Assembly (NCBI RefSeq): GCF_009834535.1
Contig: NC_045696.1
Span: forward strand, 37,326,001 to 37,390,000
Source: Camelus ferus
Taxonomy: Eukaryota
Direction: 5' to 3'
Length of the DNA: 64,000 bases
Below the pieces are notes generated by a model, which was given only the letters and a program-made list of their open reading frames with translations, was not told the DNA's origin and made no database searches. Numbering within the stretch: the first letter of the stretch is position 1; each line of letters opens with the position of its first letter. Made by a program: the position numbers and the translations under genes. Shown here piece after piece: positions 51,626-64,000 of the stretch.

Positions 51626-52769
51626 AAAACAAACAAGATAGCCTAAAATTTTATGTCAAATTGTATGAATCACAAGTTTCTGAATGAGTTAATGGAAAAT
51701 TTCCTTTTGTGGACAATTAATTTTATCTTCCAACCAGAACAGGTAGGAGATTCATGGACTGATAGGATGTTATTGGCTGCTGAATATGTGGCCAAGTGGA
51801 TTTAACTTCCTTTCCTTCTTTTCCTCATTGCCATTTGCAGCATATTTAGGGTAACAGCTGGATATGGGGCTGGTCAGCCCCATACGACTAAAATGAGTAA
51901 ATCCTGAAGCTGTCTGGAGAATAGGACAGACAGACATTTCTTTTACTACTTGAACAGTGTTTTCTTAACTATAACAGACTCATTTTTTCATTACATTTTC
52001 TCCAAGAAAGAACCACAGCTTAAAAAACAAAATTGATTTAACCAGTTGACACAAATCCACAAAACTTTTTTTTCTAATTTTTATCAAATCTATGTCAAGC
52101 TTGGAGATAAATCATTCCATTTTGAATATAGTTGTTTGAAAGTAGCAAGCAGATTATTAAAGTACAACCAGTAAATCCAGGGTTGTTTGTGTTGTTTGGC
52201 ACTCTGCTGTTGGTAGAGATGTGAAAAGAAGATAAGACGACCTAACATACGACAGGCAGCAAGGCCTAGTAGAGATCCAGGTGGTATCTGTTCAGTCTCT
52301 GGCTTACAGCAGGCTGGAGACTGGCAAGTTCAAAGAGAAGCATGTATGCATTTCACAGAATGTTGGCAAGGGCGAGCAACCAGGACTGAGCCTGGCCGTC
52401 TATCCCCAATTTGAAAACGGCATATGCTGATGTCCTTTGGCCAGCTCACACATGACAGATGTCTTTTAACCAGGTCAGACAAACAACATGAAAGACACAA
52501 TCCGTGCTGCTACTAGACTCTGGCCTGAGTTCTCAAACAGAAAGCCTGTTTGAGCAGCAGGCCATGTTCCTACCCTGACGCTGGTATCCACCCCTTTTCC
52601 TCATTTGTGCATGTTGTTACTGGTTATGTTATTGTCTTCAGAACCCTCTTTTACTTGATGGAATGTTTCCATGTAACTTCAAATCACTTATATAACTTTA
52701 GATATTAGTTGTGTTTATATTTAAATATATCTTCCCTTCTTTTCCTTTTTTTCTTCCATAATGGTATTT

Positions 52770-53140
52770 TCTGGATTGCCTGCTATGTAACAATATTAGT
52801 TTGGGGATCACAGGTGAATAAAAAAACAGGATCTTTATCTTTGTAAAGCTTAAAGCCTCAGAAAGGAAAGCAGTCATCATTAAAACCCACTCTATGGTAA
52901 GGCAATTCCAAATACTACAAAGATACGCAAGATGAGCACCGACTGTGTACAGAGGGAAGTTCCCCAGAGAGAGTGACATCTGTGATGTCTCAATGTGAAG
53001 TAAGCCTGGGCCAGACGGACGTGGGAAAGAAGGGGGAATTCCAGGAAGAAAGGGCAACAAACACAGAACATGAGGCAGGAGAAAGTACCCTCAACAAAGA
53101 TTTTCAGAAACAGGAAGAGAGGCAAAAGGCTGAGGTTGGA
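52770..53140 (-). mobile_element. L2 fragment
   Basis: ggaagttccccagagagagtgacatctgtgatg...gaattccaggaagaaagggcaac...catgaggcaggag. Confidence 0.65.
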
Positions 53141-53269
53141 ATACAAGCAAAGGCAATATTTGGAACTCCCAGTCAGTAAAGCCAAAATGTGAATCCTTTT
53201 TAACTTGTGGGATGACGTGAGCAGAATTAGAGTTTGACAGGCACAAAAATAATCAGTGGTATCTAGCCG

Positions 53270-53465
53270 TCTGGCGCTAGAGTCCTAAGTCCTAATCACT
53301 TTGCTCCACTACCCCCAAACTGAGTGTATGCAACTGAAATATTAATGCGAGTCTTAATGTTACAAAACTCAGCAGGACTGTTTTGAACATCACACTAGTA
53401 AATATCTGCAGAGAACCTAAAATAGTGTTTGGTAAACAGTAGACACTAAATAAATGATTGTCGTT
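53270..53465 (+). mobile_element. MIR fragment
   Basis: ctagagtcctaagtcctaatcactttgct...aaaatagtgtttggtaaacagtagacactaaataaatg. Confidence 0.55.
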
Positions 53466-54179
53466 TTTGTTGTTACTATTACTATTATGTTTTTAATTAC
53501 AGGGCCATTACTCTGATTGTATCATGAAAAATACATCAAGGATGTATGAATCGGTGGGGAAAAATATAAGGATTTATCATAGTGGTCCAGCAATAAATGA
53601 TTCTCAACTTAATTAACATAGAGGTATGGAGAGGTATGGATGGAAGAAAGTGATTTGAGATGTGGGGTGATACAAAGTGAACCGTCCTCAGTGGCTGACT
53701 GGACGTGAGGATGAGGTAAAGGATATGGTTATGGATAAGGTTAACAAACAGCACTTGAAGACAATTACAGTGTCTGAAAGTGACAATGTTGAACATTTAT
53801 AATATGAAGGAACTTCTGCTAACTAGCTGAAAAAGGACAAAAAAACCAATTGCAAAACTGACAAAGTTAGGGACAGGCAGTTTAAAAATGTGAGACGCCA
53901 CTTCACACTATTAAACTATTAAATTTCAGAAAGCTGGAAAAAGCCAACGGAGATGTGGGGAAGTAGAAACCTCGTGCCTTGTCATTTCGAATCTTGGTAT
54001 AAGATGACGTGACCAAAATCAGACTACAGTATTCTACCCCGGGGTCTAGAGCCCAGTAAAATTTGGAAACAAGCCCATGAAGAAACATATATTGTGATGT
54101 TCATTATAATATTAGCTGTTGGAGGGGGAAATGAGGCCTCGAGCAATCAACTCGGTATTTACACTGGTAGATTAATTAC

Positions 54180-54595
54180 ATTGTTATACTCCGTCATTGG
54201 CCTCACTGATAATGAACTGCCTGACCCTGCCTGTTCCATGTATATATTCCTCATTCTTGCCGTGTGAATTCATTTCCTTCTGTGGGAGGAGTGTATTGCT
54301 TTGCTACATTAACATCACAAACTGGGTTTATGACGTGTTGTTTTGGCCAAGGAAATGAGAGCAGAACTGATAGTCTGCCAATTCTGGGCAAAAACTTTCC
54401 CAGCCATTGGCAGTTTCACCAGGTCTCCGGGGTTGATCATTTTGATTTTATTCCAGAATGTAGAAGCTATATAGAGTAGAGCTGTGAGAAGCCCTGCAGA
54501 TTCTGGAGATCTCAAGCAACCACATGAGCAAGAAATGCACACGTTCTGTTTCAAGCCCCTGGTCTCATTGTGATGATCTGTTTACTGACTGACTG
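54180..54595 (+). mobile_element. MLT1I/J-like LTR
   Basis: tgttttggccaaggaaatgagagcagaa...catgagcaagaaat...ctgtttcaagcccctg. Confidence 0.75.
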
Positions 54596-54851
54596 TTTCT
54601 ACCACTTGTAATCTCCTGATTGTCAGAGAGCAAGTTACTCATCTTTGTGTGTCTAATGAGTGACAGTCTCTGGTAACTAGTAGTGTATTTTAAAAGACTT
54701 AATATTATCCCAGTATCAGTTTAGCTTTTCAGTAATCATCACCCCATGAAGGGGCAAAAAATGTTCAGTAACGTCACTCCTCAGCATCTCCTGTGTTACT
54801 GATTTTGTGTCTCTCGCCTCTCTTGGCTCTTCCATCAGGCTTTTGTTAATG

Positions 54852-55038
54852 CAGGAATGGCAAATAGATGGTGGGTCTAGAACCATTCCTGGCCCAAACC
54901 CATGGCAAAGCCTTCATCAATCACAGCACACTTTCCCTTAGATCACAGAGATCTGGAAATCTTTCAATTCAGCATACTTGGCAGAAAGTACCAGTGGATT
55001 AGAGTTGGCATTGATTTAAAATATATTTGTTATCCCTG
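54852..55038. mobile_element. hAT-Charlie MITE (MER102-like)
   Basis: TIRs caggaatggcaaata / tatttgttatccctg. Confidence 0.65.
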
Positions 55039-56179
55039 GTCTAGGGAAGAAAATTAACAGGCTTGGAATTTGAGGGTAGCATTGCTCTTACTTACCTTAC
55101 TTCAACTTCTTGGACTTTGCAAAATTAATTTGAAAATTTTCTTAGGATTCCAATTGATTTTAGCATATTTTAAAATACATAATTTCAAAGTAGCTTTCTT
55201 ATTTTCAATTAAACTTTGTGACCTTTTTAGTCCAAGTTTCATTTTATCTTTCAGCGACTGTTATTTTAATATTTGCATAAGTCATTTTTTTGTAGGGGAA
55301 ATGTTTAAAAGCCAATTTAAACTAGAGAAATGAAAAGTGTTGTTTTTAAATGAGTTTGTGATGACTATTCTAATAATACGTTTTAGTTTCTTGCCCGGCA
55401 TTTACATTAAAACAAATACCATTAACACTGGAGCTTGTAAACGTTCACGATAAATTTATTTAAAATACAGTTTTTAAAAATAGAAAAGAAAGCACACACA
55501 CACAGTTTCTGAATCACTAATTCAAACACTGTTGTCTTGATTAGATCTTTTAAGAGTATTTTACTATATTAGAAAACAGAAGGATACTTTATCATTTTAT
55601 CTGTAGGATTGTAATTGGAAATATATTTGAGCATTCAGGTAGAACTCTAATACTATTTCAATTTTAGTTAGTGAGGAAGCTCACTCTTCTCTGCCAACTT
55701 GGTGAATGGAAACCAAGAGGCATCCGGAAGGTAACAAGACTGAGTCTTGCAACCAAAACTCTAGTAATGGTTTACAATCAAAATATTTCCAGACTTTCGA
55801 AGACTTAGGAAGTTTTGTTTGTGCTAATTTCCTTAGGTTTCAGAATTCTTTAAAAACTCTTAAATGAATGTTCTGGAGAAAAAATTTTAAAAAATCTTTT
55901 AAAAAGGAAATGTGTTCATATCTTGTACATATACACCAATTATTCTTATCCTACAATTGTATTTTCCCACTCCAAACACAGTATTTTTTTGATGACTACT
56001 TATCTCATTTTTCAAGTGAATGTTATTTTTTGCTAATATAATCTAAATTCATGTAATAATACTGTAGACACAATTGGATAGGTGGCTATATTTAAATGGT
56101 CTTGTTACCACTGCTATTCATTAATCAAAAGAGTTTATCTTGAATGCCTGCCTCCCTGTGGCAGCTGACGAGGAAGGAA

Positions 56180-57170
56180 ATTTTTAAAAAACCTTTATTC
56201 TAAGAAAGCATATTTTGATTAAAAGATAAATTTAAGGAAGCCAAAGGACTCTCTTGGATGCATGTCTTTGACATGCAAACCAACCAATCCAGAGCACAAA
56301 CCAGCCAGTTACCTCTTTTCTGGAGTTCTCACAGGTTGAGCCATTATCTCTGTTACCTAGCCCAAGCTCATACGCTCACTGCACAACAGGCCAATAGAAC
56401 GAGAGATAAGTTGTTGGGGCAAGGAATAGTGACTTTATTCGGAAAGCCAGCACATTGAGAAGATGGAGAACTAAGGTCCTAGGGAACTATCTTGCCTGAG
56501 TTAGAATTCATGATTCTTTCATACTAAAAGGGGAGGGAGTAAAGTCAAACATTTCCTGGTTCTAGTCAGCCTCCTGAGGGGATGTGTTAGTTTCTTCCTG
56601 CAGTCGTTTACAGGTGGGCCTGGTCAGAATGTTTCCTGTGAGCTAAACAAAGGTATTTTAGCTTAATGCTCATTACTCAGGAGGCAGGGTTCCCACAGAT
56701 GGGCTGTTCTGTATAATTTAAGCTTATAAGCAACATCCCTTTAGTGATTAACTTGTAGCAAAAGCAATAGAATACAAAGGTTAAAGTAGAAGAAACATCC
56801 AAATGGAGTCAGATTTGTTTTTCCCTATTACATCTTTCGCTCTAACATGACCCCCAGTCAGGTACCAGATAACTCAAGACAGTCTCTAAACCTCAGAACC
56901 CACTGACATTATTCAAAAGCAGGCAGTCCTATGTCTGCCTCCCCTGCCTCCCCCTTGTCTTTCCAGTGGAAACCATAATAAAAGCTCTTGTCCATGGTTT
57001 CTACTTGCTCCCTCTGTCTCCTGCCCCGTCCTGGTGCTGCTCTCCATGTGGCCCTGCATGATGTGATGTCCCCCTCCTCTTGGAGACTGAGAGTAACAAA
57101 CTATCTTTCTAATAGCAATCATCATATCTGCTGGCCTTACCTGTCCCTGAATAATAATAAATTAATAAAC
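56180..57170 (+). mobile_element. MER74-like ERVL LTR, split by an ERV1 LTR
   Basis: ccaaccaatccagagc...|...caggtaccagataact...ggaaaccataataaaagctcttg...gagtaacaaactatcttt...ctgaataataataaa. Confidence 0.8.
56351..56832 (-). mobile_element. ERV1-class solo LTR (MER41-like)
   Basis: TGTTA...TTACA ends; gttggggcaaggaatagtgactttattcggaaagccagca (antisense AATAAA); 4-bp TSD tctc/tctt. Confidence 0.85.
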
Positions 57171-60100
57171 ATAGGTATGTATATATACCTGTGTTTGTCT
57201 GTATTGTATATGTGTGTATCTTATGCTGAGAGGATTTTTATGGTACAGTTCAACCACTGTATTATTCCTCTCTTCCATTATCCAATTACTTCTTGTATAT
57301 GTTTAAGAAACAACCTAGCCTTACCAAATAGCTTGATTTATTAATTTTGTGATTTTTGGCCTTCAAAAATACCAGTAAAAGCCATTGAAAATGATACCAA
57401 ATAGGTTTATAGATTTTTTTTGGCATTTGGCATCTTGCTGATGAGGGTTATCCCTTTTAAAATAAATGCAAATATGACTACAAACATAAATGTTTCTCAG
57501 TAAAAATAAAGATAGGTTTTTATGAAAATAACCTACTAATAAAAAGAAAATCAATTGTTTCACACTTATTTTTCAAATGATTACACTGTGCCACCAAGGG
57601 TTAAGAGGAGAATTGAGGTCAGTAGTCAAGTTTCCATTATGTATCTAAGTCTTTCCTAAGAGAGAAATAACTTTAGAAGCTTTTGTAATTCTTTCACGAT
57701 CTAGTTATATAAATTGATATCTCTACTTGAATGCCAGAGACATATGTGTCTTAATACGTATTCATTTCATCTTCACCCCAAATCAACTGACACTACCATT
57801 GGTTCATTGCTTAGGGCAAAAATATTGGAGCAATTCTTCTTTACTTTCCTTCCACCACGATAAACGTACAATTCCAAAATATGTCTTCTTTACCAAAATA
57901 CGTGTTAGAAAAATTACAACTTCCAATGACCTATAGTATTATCCAATTTGTCTAGTGTACTGTTTTCTTTTCATTGTGTTCTCTGAACTAAATTATTAAC
58001 ATAACCTCTGTCCAAACTCTATAGTATATTTCCCATATGGGAAGTGAGAACAAATTGGAACATTAACTAACTTGCTCAAAATTATGTAAAGTCGAAACTC
58101 CTTCCTAGAAAATACCAGGACTTGCACAAACATCTCCTCCTTACTGTGCAACTACACTTCTCTCTACTCCATATGCCTTGGCTGGTCTCAGTACTGGTAG
58201 TTACTTGAAGCAAGAAAACTTCAACCTCCTGTGAAGCTTCAATCTCTAAGAAATGCATCTGGCTGTACATGAACGGAAATGATATTTTGCCATGTTAAAG
58301 CTATTATGTTTAATCCTTTTTAATTCCTTATCCCTTGGGTCATTGGCTTCCATATCAAGTGTCAAATTTGAACAACTTAAATCCTAGCTTTTCTTCAATA
58401 AGGTAAAGATCAGCTATTACATAGGAATCATTAGTATCCAGTGGCTAGAGAGGATGAGAATAAGGAAAGCCTGTTTTTCCAGGCTAAGGACGTATGGGGA
58501 AAGTACAGAATACCAAAGGTAATCAGAAGTGTGTGTCAAGCCTTCCTTTTCCTACATTAAATTCCCAAAGATGCAAAGAGGAAATGTGAGTAGGAAGAGG
58601 AGGGAGTCCCAAGTTGAGGAATGTTTATTCCATGCTGCACTTTTGGGGACATCTAAAACCATGAGCTCCCAAGATATAGACCATAGTACCGTGTGCCAAA
58701 AACATGTTTCGTAATTGAGTGGACGAGATATCTGCAGACCAGAGGACTCAGAAGACAGTGCATGTTTCTTGATCCACCAATGCATTCCTCTCTCTCTTTT
58801 GGTTCCATGGGTCACATAATCTGTACTCCCCTTTCCCCCTACTCCTCATGCTTCTGTCACACAGAATAAAGTGATTAAATTTTCCATCTGTATTTTTCTA
58901 GTAGAAGACATTTTAGCTTTCCTCACACTGGTTTGATATGAACAATTTCTTTTGACATCTGATTCCTGCAGTAGCAATTTCACTTATTCTCAGGGAAGTG
59001 AAAGCTGTCTATCCACAATGTGAATATAACTATAGACTGAGAGCTCTATATCAAACCAAATATCAGTTCAGTATAGGACTGTGGTCACTAAGGGGAAGTG
59101 AGATAATCTACTCCAATTCTTCATCCACTTAATGATATTTTGTAACTATATAACAGTTTAAGAAACCTTGTAAAGAATGGAGGGCATGAAAAAAGACAAA
59201 GTCATAGGAAGAGAAAACAATGATACCACTGAAAATAACTGGATGCTTTGAAATTTAATAGAGGTCAAACTAGAAAAGATTTTCCTTGAAAACATAATGC
59301 AATATAATCAAACTCTAGAAAATAAGTTTATAAAATTGCTACATATTTATATAAATCTAATTTTCTGAGTTTTTTCAGTTAAAAAAAGACCTTTATGCCC
59401 ATCCTCCATTTTTCTAGTTTTTTTCTTTTCTAGCTTTGTTCTATGTTTACATTTTGTTTCAATAGATTTTATATATACTAGAAAATAATTTCATATGTTT
59501 ATGAAATTTAGAAAGTTAATAGAAATTTTATAAAATGTAAAATATTAATATTTGCATTATCAGCATTATATAAATCTAATATTGACTAATTTTCATTAGA
59601 CTTTAAAAATTAGCTTGCATTTTCAGAATATTCATGGCTAAGGTCAATAATGATAATAATAAAATTGCCAGTGTTAAGTTTGGGATCATTGAATCAGTGG
59701 GAACAAAAAAGTTGCCACTTTCACATGCCAATTTAGTTAATGAATCTGTGGTGAATCAACAAGAGAGACAACACCACCCTGAACTTTATTAAATCGATAA
59801 TGTTTTTCTTGCAGATTGATTAATATATATAGTTCTTACTATATACTGCACAATAGCAATAGAGTTATTAAATAGGAGGGCTTGGAAAAACTGCATTCTC
59901 CACACAATCTCCCAAATTATTGTGAATAAATTACTTACAAATATATATTAACAACTTAAAAATAAATAAGATATTATAGATAAAAATATGGGAAAACTAG
60001 GTAAATACGTGTGTGTGTGTGTGTAAAACTGAACTGCAATGGCAGGTGTAAAGGGAGAGAGAAATTCTCTTCTATACAAGCCTTCCTATAGGTTTGAATT

Positions 60101-62239
60101 CTGTATTAAATGTTACCAAAATGGTATGATCAATGGTCCAAGTCTCATTATCATCACAACAGTAGTGCTCATCAAAACACTGCTTTTTTTCATTGTTTTA
60201 CAATATGATGAGCTACTAGCCAAAAGTAGAGTTTTATCAATAGGTTATATGTTAAATGAAAAATGAAAACAATGTGAATTTTTAACCATTTGAAATTTAT
60301 TTGAATGATACTAATCTATAAAATATACTCTCTCAAATGACATTAAAATGTATTGAAATATTCAATGACTATTTAGAATATATATTAATATTCACCGTTA
60401 AAATTCAAAGCATTGATTTTCCTTTGGAGAGTTAGGTTAACAGTAATTCATTATTGTTGTTTTATCAGAGTTATAATTTGATTTTCTTTCATTTTCTACT
60501 CAAAAAATTGCATTTAAAAAGTTTATTATCAAATGGAATTATTAAGGTTTTTGAAGACATTGTTCTCTTTTTATTAACTTAACCCATATCATGTGATTGG
60601 AGGGAGAATGTGGCTTAAGATGTGAGAGCACAATTTCTCAAGACGGACTCCAGCTTCTTCAAATCCTTAATTCTACCATTTACTTTGTCTAACCCTGTGT
60701 GAATTCATTTCTCTGGAAAAAAAAAAAAAAGTTACTTCTCCTCTCATTTTAAAAGTGAATACGATTATAATGGTGAATTTCTATCTGAAAGCACATAGAC
60801 CATAAGTGGGCACAGGAAAAGCACTATGGAACAGTTAGATCTTGTTCTGTGCAATGTGGATAAAATTCTGTTTGCCCAGTACAGAGGTTTGGCATTCACC
60901 ATACTAGAGTAGGCCTTCAAAATTTCACTGAATTTCTCCACTATCTGTGTCATAGTCTCCTTTGTTTATTATTATGCCCTAGACTTCTGTTATAACTGTA
61001 GTGAACTCAATATCAAAACCATGGCTGAGAATGTGCATATAATACTTACTCAAAGACTAGAGTATTAGAAAACTATATAAAGCAAAAAGAAAAAGAAAAT
61101 CTATCCCTTGACAATAAATATTTCATGTTAGCACAAAACCATGCAATATTAGCTATGTTTACACCTTGACAAGTTTATCTACAAAACCTAATTTCTAATA
61201 ATCTCAGTTGTCATTACATCTGAAATTACGCTCCCACTTGCCACTTACGATACCTCTTTGAATTGATCTTTTAAACTTGATAGAAGAAATGAACAAGCTA
61301 ATCTTTTACAATGAGTTTGTTATAGGAATGATTAGCAGAAATAATCTGGATGTTTATTTTTGTTGATAGATAAAAGCGACTCTAAAATAAGTATGCTGTG
61401 AAACCAAGAGGCTTCATTCTGACCATAAGCATTTCAATTAATGGCTTGATTAACTTTAGTATGTTAAAAATTTGAACTTTTATTTATGAATCTGAGGGAG
61501 GACTCCCATACAGTATTAATATATGATTCCTGAATAATCTGAATAAAAGTACATCTTAACTTTTCTCTTCTTAACTGACAAAGCACTGGCGATCACTGGT
61601 AAAAATTCTTATTTTCATAAAAGATTGATGTTAAACTAATAGATAAGTAGAAATACTTTCTTAGGTAAGAGGTTAGCTGGCAAATGAGAAATTCAAAACT
61701 TTAGTAAGTATAGAAAACACATTCCAATACTAAATTGTAAATAGAGCTGATTAGGGGAAAATCATATTTAGCCATTTAGAAAATAGAAAATGTGATCTTT
61801 ATCAGTGAAAATATGATTTATGTTATTGGGTAATATTTTAAATCTTAAAAAAAAATGTGGTTGCTTTTCTTTAGTTTTAACAAGATGCATATAAAGCATT
61901 TGACAAGAGGAAGAAAATTCAAAGATATTCCAGGGAAGAAATATAAGATGATTAAATTTTAGGAAATTTATGCACCAAGATGAAAGATGTCTAGGCTGTT
62001 CTAATCAGTGAAGATAACTCATTAAGAATGATTTAATTATCCTTTTTGCTTTTCATCAAAAGTCATTCTCTATCTCTACAAAGAAAACCAAAAGTGGAGA
62101 CTGACCTAAAGTGAAGTTTCTGTGATTAATTTCTGTATGATTCAGTGTTTCTGAAATCAGTTGTTACTGAGATATTGTTATTATAACCTCCTGTGTTGAT
62201 ATTATTAAAATATATGCAATATTTCATTATTATGCCATG

Positions 62240-62790
62240 GCTCACTGAATAATTCAGTAATGTTTTAGCACACAGATTGTAAGACTCTAGGCACTGAAAC
62301 TATGATGACAACTAAAGTATAGCCTTAGTTTAAAGAGCTAACAGCCTAGCAAGGAGACATTTATGTGAAAAATTACAACATAATGTAATAACAAGCTTCG
62401 AAATGGATATGTGCCTGATATGTTAAAACTGCATAGAGAAGGCATCTCGTTAGGTTGAGAGAAAAGTCAAAGAATTCATCTTATAATGTCAGATTGACAT
62501 TATAGTTGTGCCATGAATCTTGAGAGAATTTAAGCCAGGCAAAGAGAAGGCAAAATTACAGCTCTGAAAGATGAGAAGCACAGTGATTTAAAAAATATAA
62601 ACACTTTAGTGCACTGTGACTAACATAGGATGGAGAGTTGCGACTGACAAAAGTTTAAGCTAACATGGAAGAAAACTCCTAAGATCTTTGTATGATGTAT
62701 TAATAAATTTTGTTATTACCATGGTGTAATAGAAAATTATATGTTTGTGATTTGGGAAATAAAAAAAATCATTTGAGAATGGATCAAGAT
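62240..62790 (-). mobile_element. L2 fragment
   Basis: tcagtaatgttttagcac...ctctaggcactg...aagagctaacagcctag...gaatttaagccaggcaaagagaagg. Confidence 0.6.
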
Positions 62791-64000
62791 AGAAAAATGG
62801 AAACAAATACCTTTTTTCGCCTCCCTTCCCTAATTTCATTGGCCAAAAAAAAAAAAAAAAAAAGCAAAAAATTTCAAAATGATTAAATCTACTGTACTAC
62901 TAGAAAAATGACAAAATATCACCAGGAAATTATTGTTTTGGGTCATTGCTAATAGAATGGACTGATGGGAAGAGTTTTACGTAGAACTAAATCTGGAAGA
63001 AGCTACACAGCAAGATGACTGCAAGTAACCATGAAGATGTGCCAACCTTAGAGTCAACCCTGTAGGAAAAGCTGGAGAGAGTCCATGATCACATTTAAGG
63101 ATTATTCATTGGGAAGAGCATCAAGACCAGGTAATCTTCCTTCCTGGCTACCAGGCATTAATATTATTGGTACTTCCATCCTGACCCTAAAGCAGTGACT
63201 TTGATATAACTCATGGAGAGGCAGGTTATTTCCACCACCCAAGTACTGACTCTCAGGAAATGAATACTGTTTCCCAACATTCAGCATACCACTTTTTCTG
63301 AACTGGTGGAGCAAGCTGTTTTAAACAAATAGTAATTACAACAAATAAAAAGCTTAGGGAAAACTTCAAGTACAAATGAACACAGAATCATTGATCCCCT
63401 AATACTTAGAAAGAAAGCAAGATAGTCAAAGAGAGGCACAGAACTCAGCTCACACATGTAGAAGGTTTTTGAAACATTGTCCACTGCTTTTTAAATTCAA
63501 AGTATTTGCTATTATTATTATTATTACTACTACTACTACTATTTCATGACCACTATTACTTTGCTCGGCGCTGCTCAAGCTATTAAGCCATTAAGATAAG
63601 GAACATATTACTTCAGCTGAGAAAAAAAATACACCATTGTTCAGTTTTTACTTATTGAATAAATAAATACAGAAATAAATAAATTTGAAAAAAATACAGG
63701 GAATTTTTGAAAGATGTCTTAGGTGTAAGCAGGGAAGGAAACACTAATATATTTCAACATGCCAAACAGTGGAGGATTCAGAAAGCTTATTTACTCATAG
63801 AGTAGTCATGGGTATGACATACAGAAAGCTCCTGCCATATGGAATACAGAAGTTCTTTTGCTTGGTGTGGGGATGGGAGACTCTGAAGCAACTTAGAAGC
63901 TTTAGGAATGCACTAAAAATATGTTAAATTCAGAGAAGGGACCAAGGAAACCAACCATCTAGAATCTTGCTCAAGGAAAGAGAAAGTCCTGTTGTGAAAA

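Noticed and set aside
58420..58870. LTR-like stretch ending near aataaa
   Set aside because: Could not assign a family or boundaries from sequence alone.

Overview
Mammalian nuclear DNA, AT-rich and dominated by transposable-element debris: L1 LINEs of several ages (very dense in the first 30 kb), MaLR/ERVL/ERV1 LTRs, Tigger and hAT MITEs, L2 and MIR. A cetartiodactyl-type L1 3' end and no recognisable ruminant, pig or whale SINE hint at a camelid-like host (inference). No spliced host-gene exon could be supported. Main non-TE features: (1) an intronless, diverged, C-terminally truncated cTAGE5/MIA2-like ORF (5464-6198, 244 aa) with a 3'UTR and AATAAA; (2) a ~945-bp NUMT (COX1 end, tRNA-Ser, tRNA-Asp, COX2; 46154-47098). 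Top finding: an identical 11-bp direct repeat (AAAAGGATGTT) sits immediately before the first base of an L1 5'UTR (1601-1611) and at the A-run following the retrogene poly(A) signal (6865-6875). This suggests the whole ~5.25-kb L1 promoter + ORF1 + cargo + cTAGE-like gene retrotransposed as one non-autonomous, gene-carrying unit. A second, smaller TSD-bounded L1 3' transduction lies at 37196-37622. Repeat family names come from memory of consensus sequences and need RepeatMasker/Dfam confirmation; boundaries of old elements are approximate.
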